From Comamonadaceae bacterium (GTDB taxonomy: Bacteria > Pseudomonadota > Gammaproteobacteria > Burkholderiales > Burkholderiaceae_C): a stretch of 63,538 bases of DNA. A program made the translations under genes and the position numbers. Shown piece after piece: positions 28,764-39,318 of the stretch; position 1 is the stretch's first letter; each line of letters opens with the position of its first letter. The notes under the pieces were generated by a model. That model made no database searches. It saw nothing but the letters and a program-made list of their open reading frames with translations, and was not told the DNA's origin. The DNA is taken from positions 1 to 63,538 of the forward strand of contig JAJTGH010000033.1 in assembly GCA_021299555.1 (NCBI GenBank). The letters run 5' to 3'.

Positions 28764-30890
28764 ATGAGCCACTGGCTGGACATCGTCGTCGCCACACCGG
28801 CCCACAGCAACGTGGCTGGACCCCTGACCTATGAAAGTGAGTCGCTGCTTTCAACGGGCCAGCTGGTGCGCGTGCCTCTGGGTCGACGAGAGGTGCTCGG
28901 CGTGGTGTGGGCGCAGCGCACCGATCCGGGCGAACTGAGCGTGGCCCAGCGAAAATCGGTGGCCGGCGTGCTCGCTGGCATCGAGCCCCTGTCCCAAAGT
29001 TGGCGCCAACTGATCGGTTTTACCGCTGGCTACTACCAGCGGTCGCTGGGCGAAGTGGCTCTGGCCGCCCTGCCACCACAGCTGCGCGAACTCGATGCGG
29101 TGCAACTGGCGCGGCGGCTGAAACGGCCCACGCCCAAAGCACAGGCCTGCCCCCCGGCGGCGCAGCGGCCCGAGCTCAGTGCGCAGCAATGGGCGGCGCT
29201 GCAAGGCTTTGCCCTGGCCGACCGACCGGCCCTGCTCTTTGGCGCCACTGGCAGCGGCAAGACCGAGGTCTACCTGCGCGCGGCCGAGCAGGTGCTGCAA
29301 AGCGACGACAACGCCCAGGTGCTGATCATGGTGCCTGAAATCAACCTCACCCCCCAACTGCAGGAGCGCCTGCACGAGCGCTTTGCGCACCTGGGCCAGC
29401 ACCGGCTGGTGGCCATGCACAGCGGCTTGACCCCGGCGCAGCGGCTCAAGGCCTGGCTGGCTGCGCACAGCGGGCTGGCCCGGGTGGTGTTGGGCACGCG
29501 CATGGCGGTGCTGGCCTCCTTGCCCGGGCTGCGCTTGATCGTGGTCGACGAGGAGCACGACCCGAGCTACAAGCAGCAAGAGGGCGCCCGCTACTCGGCG
29601 CGCGACCTGGCCGTTTACCGCGGCCGCCTGGAGAGCCAGCCGCCCACCCAGGGCACATCGAGCGCATCACCCGCCCCGCCATGCCGCGTGCTGCTGGGTT
29701 CGGCCACCCCCTCACTGGAGAGTTGGCAGGCCTGCCTGAGCGATCGCTACCTGCGGCTGGACATGCGGCAGCGCATTGGCGCACAGGAGGGCGACAGCGG
29801 CCCCGAAGTCAAGCTGCTGGACATGGGTCAACAGCCCAAGGGTGCGGTGCTGGCACCGCCGCTGTTGCAAGCCATTGCACAGCGCGTGGCGCGCGGCGAG
29901 CAGTCGCTGATCTTTTTGAACCGCCGCGGCTACGCGCCGGTGCTGGCCTGTCACGACTGCGGCTGGAAAAGTCAATGCCCGCACTGCAGCGCGTACCGGG
30001 TGTTTCACAAGCTCGACCGCACCTTGCGCTGCCACCATTGCGGCTACACCGACCCAGTGCCACGCGGCTGCCCCGACTGCGGCAATGTGGACATCGCGCC
30101 GGTCGGCCGAGGCACGGAAAAGCTCGAGGAGCATCTGAGTGACCTGCTGCGCGACATCGCCCGGCCCGACGGCTCGAGCGTGCGGGTGGCACGGATCGAT
30201 GCCGACAGCACGCGTGGCAAAGGCACCCTCGAGAGCCAACTGGCCCAAGTCCATCAGGGTCAGACCGACGTGCTGGTGGGCACCCAGATGGTGACCAAGG
30301 GGCACGACTTTCGCAACATCACCCTGGTGGCCGCTGTCAATCCGGACGGCGCGCTGTTCTCCAGCGACTTTCGGGCCCCTGAACGCCTGTTTGCCCTCTT
30401 GATGCAAGCGGCCGGTCGAGCGGGTCGACAAGCCGCGCAAAGCCAGCGCAGCCAAATGTGGGTGCAGACTTTTCATCCGACCCATCCCCTGTTTACCGCC
30501 CTCCAGAACTACGACTACCCAGGCTTTGCAGACAGCGAGCTCGGGCAAAGGCGGGCCGCAGGACTGCCTCCCTTTGGCTACGCCGCCTTGCTGCGGGCCG
30601 AAGCAAGAACACAGGACGTGGCGCAGGGTTTTTTGCGCGCTGTGGCCCATGCAGCAGCACAAGCGGGGCTGCCCGGCGGCGATCGGGTGGTCATGTACCC
30701 GGCGGTCCCCATGTCCTTGCAACGCGTGGCCAACGTGGAGCGGGCTCAAATGCTGGTTGAAAGCCACTCACGACCGGCCTTGCAGCAGTTTCTCAGCGGC
30801 TGGCAGCCCCTGCTGAACCAGACCCGCCGCCAGGAGCCCTATCGCAGCCTGATCCGCTGGGCCATGGATGTCGATCCCCTGAGCATCTGA
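28764..30890 (+). CDS. priA: Primosomal protein N' helicase
   Basis: GATGSGKTEVY, VPEINLTPQ, VVDEEHD, NRRGYA, four CxxC, GTQMVTKGHDF, AGRAGR. Confidence 0.96.
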   Translation: MSHWLDIVVATPAHSNVAGPLTYESESLLSTGQLVRVPLGRREVLGVVWAQRTDPGELSVAQRKSVAGVLAGIEPLSQSWRQLIGFTAGYYQRSLGEVALAALPPQLRELDAVQLARRLKRPTPKAQACPPAAQRPELSAQQWAALQGFALADRPALLFGATGSGKTEVYLRAAEQVLQSDDNAQVLIMVPEINLTPQLQERLHERFAHLGQHRLVAMHSGLTPAQRLKAWLAAHSGLARVVLGTRMAVLASLPGLRLIVVDEEHDPSYKQQEGARYSARDLAVYRGRLESQPPTQGTSSASPAPPCRVLLGSATPSLESWQACLSDRYLRLDMRQRIGAQEGDSGPEVKLLDMGQQPKGAVLAPPLLQAIAQRVARGEQSLIFLNRRGYAPVLACHDCGWKSQCPHCSAYRVFHKLDRTLRCHHCGYTDPVPRGCPDCGNVDIAPVGRGTEKLEEHLSDLLRDIARPDGSSVRVARIDADSTRGKGTLESQLAQVHQGQTDVLVGTQMVTKGHDFRNITLVAAVNPDGALFSSDFRAPERLFALLMQAAGRAGRQAAQSQRSQMWVQTFHPTHPLFTALQNYDYPGFADSELGQRRAAGLPPFGYAALLRAEARTQDVAQGFLRAVAHAAAQAGLPGGDRVVMYPAVPMSLQRVANVERAQMLVESHSRPALQQFLSGWQPLLNQTRRQEPYRSLIRWAMDVDPLSI

Positions 30891-30907
30891 CAAGCGCAGG
30901 CAGTCAT

Positions 30908-31867
30908 TCAAAGCAGCCAGGTCAGGGCCGCAGAAAAACTAAAAAAAGCCAGCGCCGTGGACCATAAGATGATGCGAGCGATCCGCCCGGTGTTGGCACC
31001 AAAACGCTCGGACAGCAAAGCCACATTGCTCGCGCTTGGCAGGGCCGCCACCAGTGTGGCCACCGTGACTGAAAATGGCGTCAAGCCCACGCCCGCTTGC
31101 AGGGCCAGCCAGCCCAGGCCGGCCACCAGCGCCGGGTGGACCAACAGCTTGATGAGCACCACGCCCAGCTCTTCACGCCGCACCAGGGCCGCACCCCCCG
31201 CGCGGCCCATCTGCGAGCGGGCCAGCACGGCGCCTATCGTGAACAGGGCCACGGGCGATGCCGCATCGGCCAGCAGGTCGATGGTCTTCATGACCGGTGC
31301 CACGGGCCGGTAGCCCAAGCCTGAAGCCAGTGCACCCAACAAGACCGCCCAAGGCATGGGGTTGGACAGCACGCCTCTGAGCGCCTTGAGTCCAGCCTGC
31401 TCAGCCCCATGCAAGTCGGCGCTGTCCAGGCGTGAAAGGGCAATGCACAGCGAACTGACCAGCACCAGATCCACCACCAGGGTCACGATGGCAGGCCCGG
31501 CCGCCGCATTGCCCATAAAGGCAACCAGCAAAGGCACGCCCATGAAACCGGTGTTGGGAAACGCGGCCACCAGAGCACCAAAGGCCGCATCGTTCCATTT
31601 CACCGACCCGCGCCGTGTGAGCAGCACCGTCAGTCCCACGATCAACAGAGCGCTCAGGAGATACAGCAGCGCCAACCTCACATCGAGCAATTGCGCCACA
31701 GGGGTGTCTGCGCCAAAGCGAAACAACATACACGGCAGCGCAAAGTAAAGCACGAAACCATTGAGCCCCGCAATGGCTGACAGCGGCAGCAAGGCCCAAC
31801 GCGCGGCCAGATGGCCGCACAGCACCAGGGCAAAAAACGGAAATGTGGTCAACAAGATGGCAGTCAC
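30908..31867 (-). CDS. AEC family (auxin efflux carrier-like) transporter
   Basis: FVLYFALPCMLF, FPNTGFMGVP, NPMPWA, ASPVALFTIG, KLLVHP, ALPSASN. Confidence 0.9.
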   Translation of the reverse strand: MTAILLTTFPFFALVLCGHLAARWALLPLSAIAGLNGFVLYFALPCMLFRFGADTPVAQLLDVRLALLYLLSALLIVGLTVLLTRRGSVKWNDAAFGALVAAFPNTGFMGVPLLVAFMGNAAAGPAIVTLVVDLVLVSSLCIALSRLDSADLHGAEQAGLKALRGVLSNPMPWAVLLGALASGLGYRPVAPVMKTIDLLADAASPVALFTIGAVLARSQMGRAGGAALVRREELGVVLIKLLVHPALVAGLGWLALQAGVGLTPFSVTVATLVAALPSASNVALLSERFGANTGRIARIILWSTALAFFSFSAALTWLL

Positions 31868-32143
31868 AGGGCCAGATTGTCGACCCACGGCCATCGGGGA
31901 TGGCCGGCCCCAGCCTGGTCGGCCTATCTCACCGCCGATCCTCAGATCGCTCGCCATGACTGCCTCGCCCATGCCATCTTGCCCTTGAGGGAGGTCGGGG
32001 CGGGGCTGCGGGTCGCAACTGGCTCGACCCAGGCGGGCGCTTGCACCCGCCTTATGGCTATGATCGTGCGCTTTGCATGCCGCCCAGGCTTGCCGTTCGC
32101 CGCACCGCTGTCCATGCCGCCCCATCCACCCACCGACTCTTCT

Positions 32144-34210
32144 ATGACCAGCGCTGGTCTGAACCCTGCTCAGCTCGAAGCGGTTCATCACATCAACGGT
32201 CCCTGCCTGGTGCTGGCCGGTGCTGGCTCTGGGAAAACGCGTGTGATCACACACAAGATCGGCCGTCTGATTCAAGCAGGTCTGGCTCCCGAGCAGATCG
32301 CCGCCATCACCTTCACCAACAAGGCGGCTGCGGAAATGCGTGAGCGGGCCAAAGGCCTGATCGGCCAGCGCGCCAAGGGTGTACTGATCTGCACCTTCCA
32401 TGCGCTGGGTGTTCGCATGCTGCGCCAGGACGGCGCCGCGCTTGGCCTCAAGCCGCAGTTCAGCATCCTCGACAGTGACGACGTCACAAGTCTGCTCAAG
32501 GACTGCGGTGGCACCACCGACGCAGCCACAGCGCGCCAATGGCAGTGGACCCTTAGCCTGTGGAAGAACCAGGGGCTCAACGCCGCGCAAGCGCAGGCAC
32601 AGGCCAGCGGCCCCGAGGACATGGCGCTGGCTCGCATCATGGCTCGCTACGAGGAACGCTTGTCAGCCTACCAAAGCGTGGACTTTGACGACCTGATCGG
32701 TCTGCCATTGAAACTGCTGCGCGAACACGCCCAAGTGCGCCAGCGCTGGCAACAGGCCCTCGGATATGTGCTGGTCGATGAATACCAGGATACCAATGCC
32801 ACCCAGTATGAGCTGCTCAAGCTGCTGGTCGGCCCCCGGGCACGGCTGACGGCCGTGGGCGACGACGACCAGTCCATTTATGGCTGGCGCGGCGCCACAC
32901 TGGAGAACCTCAAGAAACTGCCGATCGACTTTGCACAACTGCGGGTCATCAAGCTCGAACAGAACTATCGCTCCACCGGTGCGATCTTGCGCGCGGCCAA
33001 CAACGTGATCGGACCCAACCCCAAGCTGTTTCCCAAGACGCTGTTTTCCGAACTGGGCGAGGGCGAGCCGGTGCGCGTGATGGACTGCGACAACGAAGAG
33101 CATGAAGCCGAGCGGGTGGTTGCACGCATACAGAGCCTGCGCGCTGATCAAGGCCAGCGCCACCGCGAATGGAAAGACTTTGCCGTGCTCTACCGCGCCA
33201 ACCACCAGGCCAAGCCCTTTGAAAAAGCCCTGCGCAAAGCGCAAATCCCCTACAAGGTTTCAGGAGGCCAGAGTTTTTTCGACCGCGCCGAAGTCAAAGA
33301 TCTGTGCGCCTGGCTGCGCCTGCTGGTCAACAACGACGATGACCCAGCCTTCTTGCGGGCCATCACCAGCCCCAAGCGCGGCATCGGACACACCACGCTG
33401 GCTGCTCTGGGCGGCTTTGCCAGCCAGTACCGGCTCAGCCTGTTTGAGGCCCTGCACAGCCACAGCCTGGTCGCGGTGTTGAAGGGCAAGGCGGTGGGCT
33501 CGCTGCAGGAATTTGGCCGCTGCATCAACGACCTGGAGTACCGCGCCCGCCACACGACAGGGGCTCAGGCAGCACTGACCTTCTTGATGGATTGGCTCAA
33601 GGACATCGGCTACGAGCAGCATCTGTATGACGGCGAAGACAGTGAACAAGCGGCGGCTGCGCGCTGGTCCAACGTGCTGGATTTTTGCCAGTGGATGGCC
33701 CAGCGCTGCGGCGGTCAGATGGAAGATGTTGCGGGCCTGGTGCTCGAGCGCGAATCCAAAACCCTGCTCGAAGTGGTGCAGACCATCGCGCTGCTGTCGA
33801 CCATCAGTGAGCGTGAGGGCGAACAAAACGTGGTTACGCTCTCAACCCTGCATGCTGCCAAGGGCCTGGAGTGGCCGCATGTCACGCTGGTGGGCTGTAT
33901 TGAAGGGCTGTTGCCGTTCAAGATGGACGATGAGGACAGCAACGAAGACCTGGCGATGCGCCTGCAGGAGGAGCGTCGCCTGATGTACGTGGGCATTACC
34001 CGCGCCAAGCGCACGCTGGCAGTGAGCTGGACCCGACGCCGCAAAAAGGGCCGCGACACCGTGGCAGCCGCGCCCAGCCGCTTCATTGCCGAGATGGCGC
34101 TGGACAAGGCGACGGTCAAAGAAGATCCGCGCGAAAAGTTGCGCGCACTGCGCGCAGAATTCGCTCGCCTTGCCGCTCAAAACAAAGCAGCGGCCAAAGC
34201 GGCGTTTTAG
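32144..34210 (+). CDS. rep: ATP-dependent DNA helicase Rep
   Basis: LAGAGSGKT, TFTNKAA, VDEYQDTN, VGDDDQSIYGWRGA, LEQNYRS, TLHAAKGLE, EERRLMYVGITRA. Confidence 0.93.
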   Translation: MTSAGLNPAQLEAVHHINGPCLVLAGAGSGKTRVITHKIGRLIQAGLAPEQIAAITFTNKAAAEMRERAKGLIGQRAKGVLICTFHALGVRMLRQDGAALGLKPQFSILDSDDVTSLLKDCGGTTDAATARQWQWTLSLWKNQGLNAAQAQAQASGPEDMALARIMARYEERLSAYQSVDFDDLIGLPLKLLREHAQVRQRWQQALGYVLVDEYQDTNATQYELLKLLVGPRARLTAVGDDDQSIYGWRGATLENLKKLPIDFAQLRVIKLEQNYRSTGAILRAANNVIGPNPKLFPKTLFSELGEGEPVRVMDCDNEEHEAERVVARIQSLRADQGQRHREWKDFAVLYRANHQAKPFEKALRKAQIPYKVSGGQSFFDRAEVKDLCAWLRLLVNNDDDPAFLRAITSPKRGIGHTTLAALGGFASQYRLSLFEALHSHSLVAVLKGKAVGSLQEFGRCINDLEYRARHTTGAQAALTFLMDWLKDIGYEQHLYDGEDSEQAAAARWSNVLDFCQWMAQRCGGQMEDVAGLVLERESKTLLEVVQTIALLSTISEREGEQNVVTLSTLHAAKGLEWPHVTLVGCIEGLLPFKMDDEDSNEDLAMRLQEERRLMYVGITRAKRTLAVSWTRRRKKGRDTVAAAPSRFIAEMALDKATVKEDPREKLRALRAEFARLAAQNKAAAKAAF

Positions 34211-34244
34211 GCCTGCCCCGGAAAAAAAGTGCCCGGGCGTGGGC

Positions 34245-35051
34245 TCAGCGGCCGCACCACTGGGGCGATCGCTTCTGGCTAAAAGCCAGTGCCGCTTCGC
34301 CAAAATCCTGGGTCATGAGGGCCAGCACCTGCACATGGTTTTCCAGATCAAGCGCTGCTTCCAGTCCGGGGGCATCGAGGTTGCTCCACATCACGCGCTT
34401 GGTGTGCAGGGTGCTGTAGGGACTGTTGGCCAGAATCTGCCGAGCACACGCCAGAGCATGCGATAGGAGGTTTTCAGGCTGCGTGATGCCGGCCACCAAG
34501 CCGATGCGCTCGGCCTCCTGCGCATCGACCGGCCGGCCCGTGAGCATGAGTTCGAAGGCGCGGCCCGCGCCGATCAGCCGCGGCAGGTGGTAGCTGATGC
34601 CGCACTCGCCGGCGGACAGGCCGACCTTGACCGCGCCCACATGAAAAGTGGCCTCGGTGCTGGCAAAGCGCACGTCGGCACACAGCGCCAAACCAAACCC
34701 GGCGCCCACAGCCACGCCGTTGATAGCTGCGATCACCGCCGCATCCATGGAGCGCAGTCGCCGCATGACGGCGTCAAAGACCATCTGCAGCTCGTAGGAT
34801 TCGGTGGCATTGAGTCCGTAGCGGCCCTGCCCATCGAGCACGGATTTGAGATCCAATCCGGCGCAAAAGCCGCGGCCCTCGCCGGTGAGCAGGAGAACAC
34901 GCACGCTGCGATCGGCAGCCAATTGATCGAGCGTGGCTTTGAGTTGGCGCATGGAGGGCACGTCCATGGCGTTCATGCGAGAAGCACGCTGCAAAGTCAG
35001 AACCACCAGACCCTCTTGGGGCCGCTCAAGACGCAAACACGTTTCAGACAT
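34245..35051 (-). CDS. Enoyl-CoA hydratase/isomerase family
   Basis: FCAGLDL, AINGVAVGAG, ELMLTGR. Confidence 0.9.
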   Translation of the reverse strand: MSETCLRLERPQEGLVVLTLQRASRMNAMDVPSMRQLKATLDQLAADRSVRVLLLTGEGRGFCAGLDLKSVLDGQGRYGLNATESYELQMVFDAVMRRLRSMDAAVIAAINGVAVGAGFGLALCADVRFASTEATFHVGAVKVGLSAGECGISYHLPRLIGAGRAFELMLTGRPVDAQEAERIGLVAGITQPENLLSHALACARQILANSPYSTLHTKRVMWSNLDAPGLEAALDLENHVQVLALMTQDFGEAALAFSQKRSPQWCGR

Positions 35052-35083
35052 TTAAAACTCCTGCAGCATGCGGCGCTGAAAAC

Positions 35084-35887
35084 TCAACGCCCTTGAAATT
35101 TGGCTTCCCGCTTGCCCAAAAAGGCATCGAGTCCTTCTGCGAAATCGGCTGTTTGCGCACATTGGCGAAACAGGCGCGCCTCCAGCTCGAGTTGGGCGTG
35201 CAGGTCGTTTTGATCGCACTGACGCATGAGTTGCTTGAGGTTGCCCAGCGCGATCGGAGCGGAGCGCTCCAGACGCTGTGCCAGCAATGCCGTCTGGGCA
35301 GTCAATTCATCGGCCGCAACCACTCGGTTGATCAGCCCGATGCGCAGGGCCTCGTCCGCGTCAAGTGTGTCGTTGAGCAGGGCAATCTCCATCGCCTTGC
35401 GCAGACCCACCCAGCGCACCAATCCCCATGAAGTGCTGCAGTCCGAGCTGGTCCCCAGTCGCGGATAAGCCAGGTTAAAGCGCGTGCCATGGGCCGCAAT
35501 GACCAGGTCACAGGCCAGAGCCAGGCCAAGACCGCCGCCTGCCGCTGCGCCGTGGACCGAGGCGATGACCGGCGCACGCAGGCCAGCGAGCAACTCGATG
35601 GCCGGGTGCATCTGGGCGATCAGCGCGCCACTGCCGCCCACCGGGTCGGCCTGCATGGAAGGCAGGTCACCGCCAGCCATAAAGGCCCGGCCTTCCCCGC
35701 TGAGAACAACCACGCGCACGCTGTCGTCACTGGCAAGTTCACGGCAGGCTTGGTGAAAAGACTCAGCCATGGCCAGGTCGATCGCATTGAGCGCCGTTGG
35801 CCGGTTGAAGCGGATGTGGGCGACCCCAGCGTCGCGCCAAAAAAGCACAGGGCTGTCGGCCGAGGTGGGGCGGGTGTTGGGGATCAT
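35084..35887 (-). CDS. Enoyl-CoA hydratase/isomerase family (PaaG-like)
   Basis: FMAGGDL, HGAAAGGG, LACDLV, DFAEGLDAFLGKR. Confidence 0.9.
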   Translation of the reverse strand: MIPNTRPTSADSPVLFWRDAGVAHIRFNRPTALNAIDLAMAESFHQACRELASDDSVRVVVLSGEGRAFMAGGDLPSMQADPVGGSGALIAQMHPAIELLAGLRAPVIASVHGAAAGGGLGLALACDLVIAAHGTRFNLAYPRLGTSSDCSTSWGLVRWVGLRKAMEIALLNDTLDADEALRIGLINRVVAADELTAQTALLAQRLERSAPIALGNLKQLMRQCDQNDLHAQLELEARLFRQCAQTADFAEGLDAFLGKREAKFQGR

Positions 35888-35915
35888 GGTGTCACTTTCC
35901 GTGCTTGCAAAAAAG

Positions 35916-36980
35916 TCAAAGCGCCATGCGCTCAGAAAACTCGGCGCCATTCAGCTCGAGGGCCTCCAGCCCCCTTCGCGCCAGGGCCGGACCCAATCGG
36001 CCGACCTCAGCGGCGTTGCTGCTGACCGCATTGCCAGCGGCCGCGCGCGCGGCGATGCCTTCGAAGATCACCGCCCATCGCATGAAGGCGAAGGCCCAGT
36101 GAAAGGGCTGGGCCTGCTGCCTGCGGCCGCTCAATCGGTAGTAATGGCTCAGATACTCGGCCTCGTCCGGGATGCCCAAGGCCTGCAAATCCAGACCGCG
36201 TATGCCACCGTACTCGCTGGGCAGCGTGCGCCAGGCCACGGTATTGAAGGCCACGTCGGCCAAAGGGTGGCCCAGGGTCGAAAGCTCCCAGTCGAGCACC
36301 GCCACCACGCGCGGCTTGGTGGGATGAAACATCAGGTTGTTGAGCTTGAAATCACCGTGCGTGAGTCGGGTTTCTTCATCTTGCGGCAGGTTCACGGCCA
36401 GCCAGGCGATCAGCTTGTCTATGGCTGGGTTCTCACGGGTTTTGGACAAACCCCATTGCCGCGTCCAGCGGGCCAGCTGGCGTTCAAAGTAATTGCCAGG
36501 CTTGCCAAAGCCAGCCAGGCCGAGGGCCTCATGGTCGAGTCCATGCAAAACAGCCAGCGTCTGAGCCATGGACAGGTAAATGGCACGGCGCTCTGCGGGC
36601 ATCAGGCCGGGCAAATCATTGCGGTTGAACACCCGCCCTTCAACGCGCTCCATCACATAAAAGTCGGTGCCCAGCACGTCGGGCTGCTGGTGCAACAGCA
36701 CCATGGGTGGCACCGGCAGGGCGCTGGCACCAAGGGCCTGCATGACACGAAATTCGCGATCCACCGCATGCGCTGAAGGGAGCACGGGGCCGACAGGCTT
36801 TTTGCGCAGCACCAGACGGCGGTTTTCAAACGACACAAAAAATGTGGGGTTGGACTGACCGCCGCCTATGGCCTGCAGGTGCATGACCCCCTGCAGGTTG
36901 GGCAACCGCTGGCGCAAAAAGGCCTCCAGCCGTGCCGGCTCAAAGCCCCACTGGGTCTGGTCTTGTTGCACGCCGCTCAC
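35916..36980 (-). CDS. APH-family phosphotransferase (ACAD10/11 kinase domain or LvaA-like)
   Basis: [47 protein letters not shown]. Confidence 0.88.
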   Translation of the reverse strand: MSGVQQDQTQWGFEPARLEAFLRQRLPNLQGVMHLQAIGGGQSNPTFFVSFENRRLVLRKKPVGPVLPSAHAVDREFRVMQALGASALPVPPMVLLHQQPDVLGTDFYVMERVEGRVFNRNDLPGLMPAERRAIYLSMAQTLAVLHGLDHEALGLAGFGKPGNYFERQLARWTRQWGLSKTRENPAIDKLIAWLAVNLPQDEETRLTHGDFKLNNLMFHPTKPRVVAVLDWELSTLGHPLADVAFNTVAWRTLPSEYGGIRGLDLQALGIPDEAEYLSHYYRLSGRRQQAQPFHWAFAFMRWAVIFEGIAARAAAGNAVSSNAAEVGRLGPALARRGLEALELNGAEFSERMAL

Positions 36981-37771
36981 GACTGCGACCGGGGCGTGGA
37001 ACCGGCAGCCGATGGCGGCTTGCCCAACACAAAGCCGCCATCGACCACGATCTGTTGACCAGTGACCATGCAGTCGGGCTCGAGCAACCAGAGCACGGCG
37101 CTTGCAATTTGCTGCGGCGTGCTGATGCGCCCAAGCAGCGAGCTGCCCGAGAACTGGGCCTTGACCTTTTCGTAGCCCTGCTCGCCCAGGCCGTCACGCA
37201 TCCAGCGCCCCTCAATCATGCCGGGCAAAACAGCATTGACACGCACGTTTGGCGCCAGGTTGCGCGCCAGCCCCACGGTCAGGATGTTGAGCGCGGCCTT
37301 GGACATGACATAGGGAAAAGATGAACCGCTGCCAGTTTGCCCGGCAATCGACGAAACGCTGACAATGGCGCTGCCCGGCCCCATGTGCCGGGCAGCTGCA
37401 CGGGCCATCTGAAACGGCCCCACGGCGTTGACAGCATAGACACGCAAAAAATCCTCCGCCTGAACGCCGTCGAGCTCATGCATGGGTACAAATTGCGTGG
37501 TGGCAGCGCAATTGACCAAGTTGTCAATCCGACCAAAACGCGCCATGGCGGCCTGGGCAATGGCGATGCAGTTTTTGTCACTGGCCACATCGCCCTGCAC
37601 GGCAATTGCCTGTCCACCGGCGGCCTGGCACTCTGCAACCACCGAATCGGCCAGATCGCGGTTGCGGCTGAAGTTGATCACCACGGCCTGCCCGCGCCGC
37701 GCCAGCTCCAGGGCCACGGCCTCGCCCACGCCGCTGGAGCCGCCCGTGATGAGGGTCACACGTTGTGTCAT
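36977..37771 (-). CDS. SDR oxidoreductase
   Basis: [19 protein letters not shown]. Confidence 0.9.
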   Translation of the reverse strand: MTQRVTLITGGSSGVGEAVALELARRGQAVVINFSRNRDLADSVVAECQAAGGQAIAVQGDVASDKNCIAIAQAAMARFGRIDNLVNCAATTQFVPMHELDGVQAEDFLRVYAVNAVGPFQMARAAARHMGPGSAIVSVSSIAGQTGSGSSFPYVMSKAALNILTVGLARNLAPNVRVNAVLPGMIEGRWMRDGLGEQGYEKVKAQFSGSSLLGRISTPQQIASAVLWLLEPDCMVTGQQIVVDGGFVLGKPPSAAGSTPRSQS

Positions 37772-37811
37772 GGTGTCCTTCGTGGTTTGGGCATCGAGGG
37801 CACGATCGGCC

Positions 37812-38786
37812 TCAGGGCACAACGATGAGTTTGCCCTGCGCCCGGCGCTGCGACAATTCCAAGATGGCCTTGGGCGCGTCCTGCAAGCTGTAGCGGCCCG
37901 AGATCAGCGGCTTGATCCGCCCTTGTCGCAACAAGGCCATCAGGTCTTCAAGGTCGCGCTGGGCCGCCTGCGGCTCGCGGCGGATGAAGTCGCCCCAGAA
38001 CACGCCGACGATGGCACAGCCCTTGAGCAGCACCAGATTGAGCGGCAGTCGTGGAATCTGGCCATCAGTGAACCCGACGACCAGGTAGCGGCCTCGCCAG
38101 GCCATAGAACGCAGGGCCTGCTCGGCGTAGTCTCCGCCGACCGGGTCCATCACAACATCCACACCCTTGCCGCCGGTCAGTCGCTTGACTTCCTCGCGCA
38201 GATTTTGTTCACGGTAGTTGATGGTTTCATCTGCCCCTTGCGCGCGGCAAGTGGCGAGTTTTTCGGCCGAAGAAGCTGCAGCAATCACCCGCGCGCCCAG
38301 GGCCTTGGCCAGCTCGATGGTGGCAATGCCTATGCCGCCTGCCGCGCCGAGTACCAGAACGGTCTGTCCAGGCTGCAGGTCAGCCCGATCGCGCAGGGCA
38401 TGCAGGCAAGTGCCGTAGGTCAACAGCAAGGAGCCGGCCACTTCAAAGGACATGCCTTGCGGCATGGCAATGAGCTGCTCTTCTTTGGCCAACACCTGCT
38501 CGGCAAAGCCCCCCCAGATGGTCAACGCGATCACCGGGTCGCCCACCTTGAATCGTTTGACGCCCTCGCCCACGGCCAGCACCTCGCCGGCCATCTCGCC
38601 CCCGGGTGAAAACGGCGGCGTGGGCTTGAACTGGTAGAGGTTTTGAACGATGAGCGCATCTGGGAAATTCACACCGGCCGCGCGCACGCGCACCACCACC
38701 TCGCCCGCGCCGGGCTGGGGATCGGGCATGTCACGCACATGCAGGTTTTCGGGCGGCCCGTACTGGCTGCAGATCAAGGCTTTCAT
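37812..38786 (-). CDS. NADPH:quinone oxidoreductase-type MDR
   Basis: AAGVNFPD, PGGEMAG, LGAAGGIG, VVGFTDG. Confidence 0.9.
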   Translation of the reverse strand: MKALICSQYGPPENLHVRDMPDPQPGAGEVVVRVRAAGVNFPDALIVQNLYQFKPTPPFSPGGEMAGEVLAVGEGVKRFKVGDPVIALTIWGGFAEQVLAKEEQLIAMPQGMSFEVAGSLLLTYGTCLHALRDRADLQPGQTVLVLGAAGGIGIATIELAKALGARVIAAASSAEKLATCRAQGADETINYREQNLREEVKRLTGGKGVDVVMDPVGGDYAEQALRSMAWRGRYLVVGFTDGQIPRLPLNLVLLKGCAIVGVFWGDFIRREPQAAQRDLEDLMALLRQGRIKPLISGRYSLQDAPKAILELSQRRAQGKLIVVP

Positions 38787-38811
38787 GGCTGAACTTTCTG
38801 ACGTTTGGACT

Positions 38812-39318
38812 TCAGGGTTTGGCGGGAACCTGCGCCTGAAAATATTGACGAACGACCGATTCGGCAACACAGGCCGGCCGCTCCTGTCCCTCGATTTCGA
38901 GGGTGACCTTGAAGGTCAGCTGCAAGCCGCCTGCAATGTCCTCGAGCTGGGCCAGGACAAACTGGCCACGCACCCGGCTGCCGGCGGGCACCGGGCTGGT
39001 AAAGCGCACCTTGTTGAGTCCGTAATTGAGGCCCATCTCGCAAAACGGCAGTGTCATGTGCCGTTCATAAAACTGACCGAGCAAGGACAAGGTGAGAAAG
39101 CCATGGGCAATGGTGTTGCCATAGGGCGACTCTTTCCGGGCCCGCGCCACATCGACATGGATCCACTGAAAGTCACCCGTGGCCTGGGCAAACAGATCAA
39201 TGTGCTGCTGAGTGATCTGCACCCAGTCAGAAACAAACGCCTGCCGCCCGACCAGAGCGCGGACGTCCTCGATGGTCTGGGCAAAACTGCCCGCTTTGTT
39301 TTCACCTGACGCGCTCAT
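38812..39318 (-). CDS. MaoC-like (R)-specific enoyl-CoA hydratase
   Basis: FAQATGDFQWIHVD, IAHGFLTLS, NYGLNKVRF. Confidence 0.92.
   Translation of the reverse strand: MSASGENKAGSFAQTIEDVRALVGRQAFVSDWVQITQQHIDLFAQATGDFQWIHVDVARARKESPYGNTIAHGFLTLSLLGQFYERHMTLPFCEMGLNYGLNKVRFTSPVPAGSRVRGQFVLAQLEDIAGGLQLTFKVTLEIEGQERPACVAESVVRQYFQAQVPAKP

Noticed and set aside
30908-32590. 560-aa version of AEC transporter and 799-aa version of Rep
   Set aside because: The N-terminal extensions overlap each other on opposite strands; family homology begins at 31867 and 32144.
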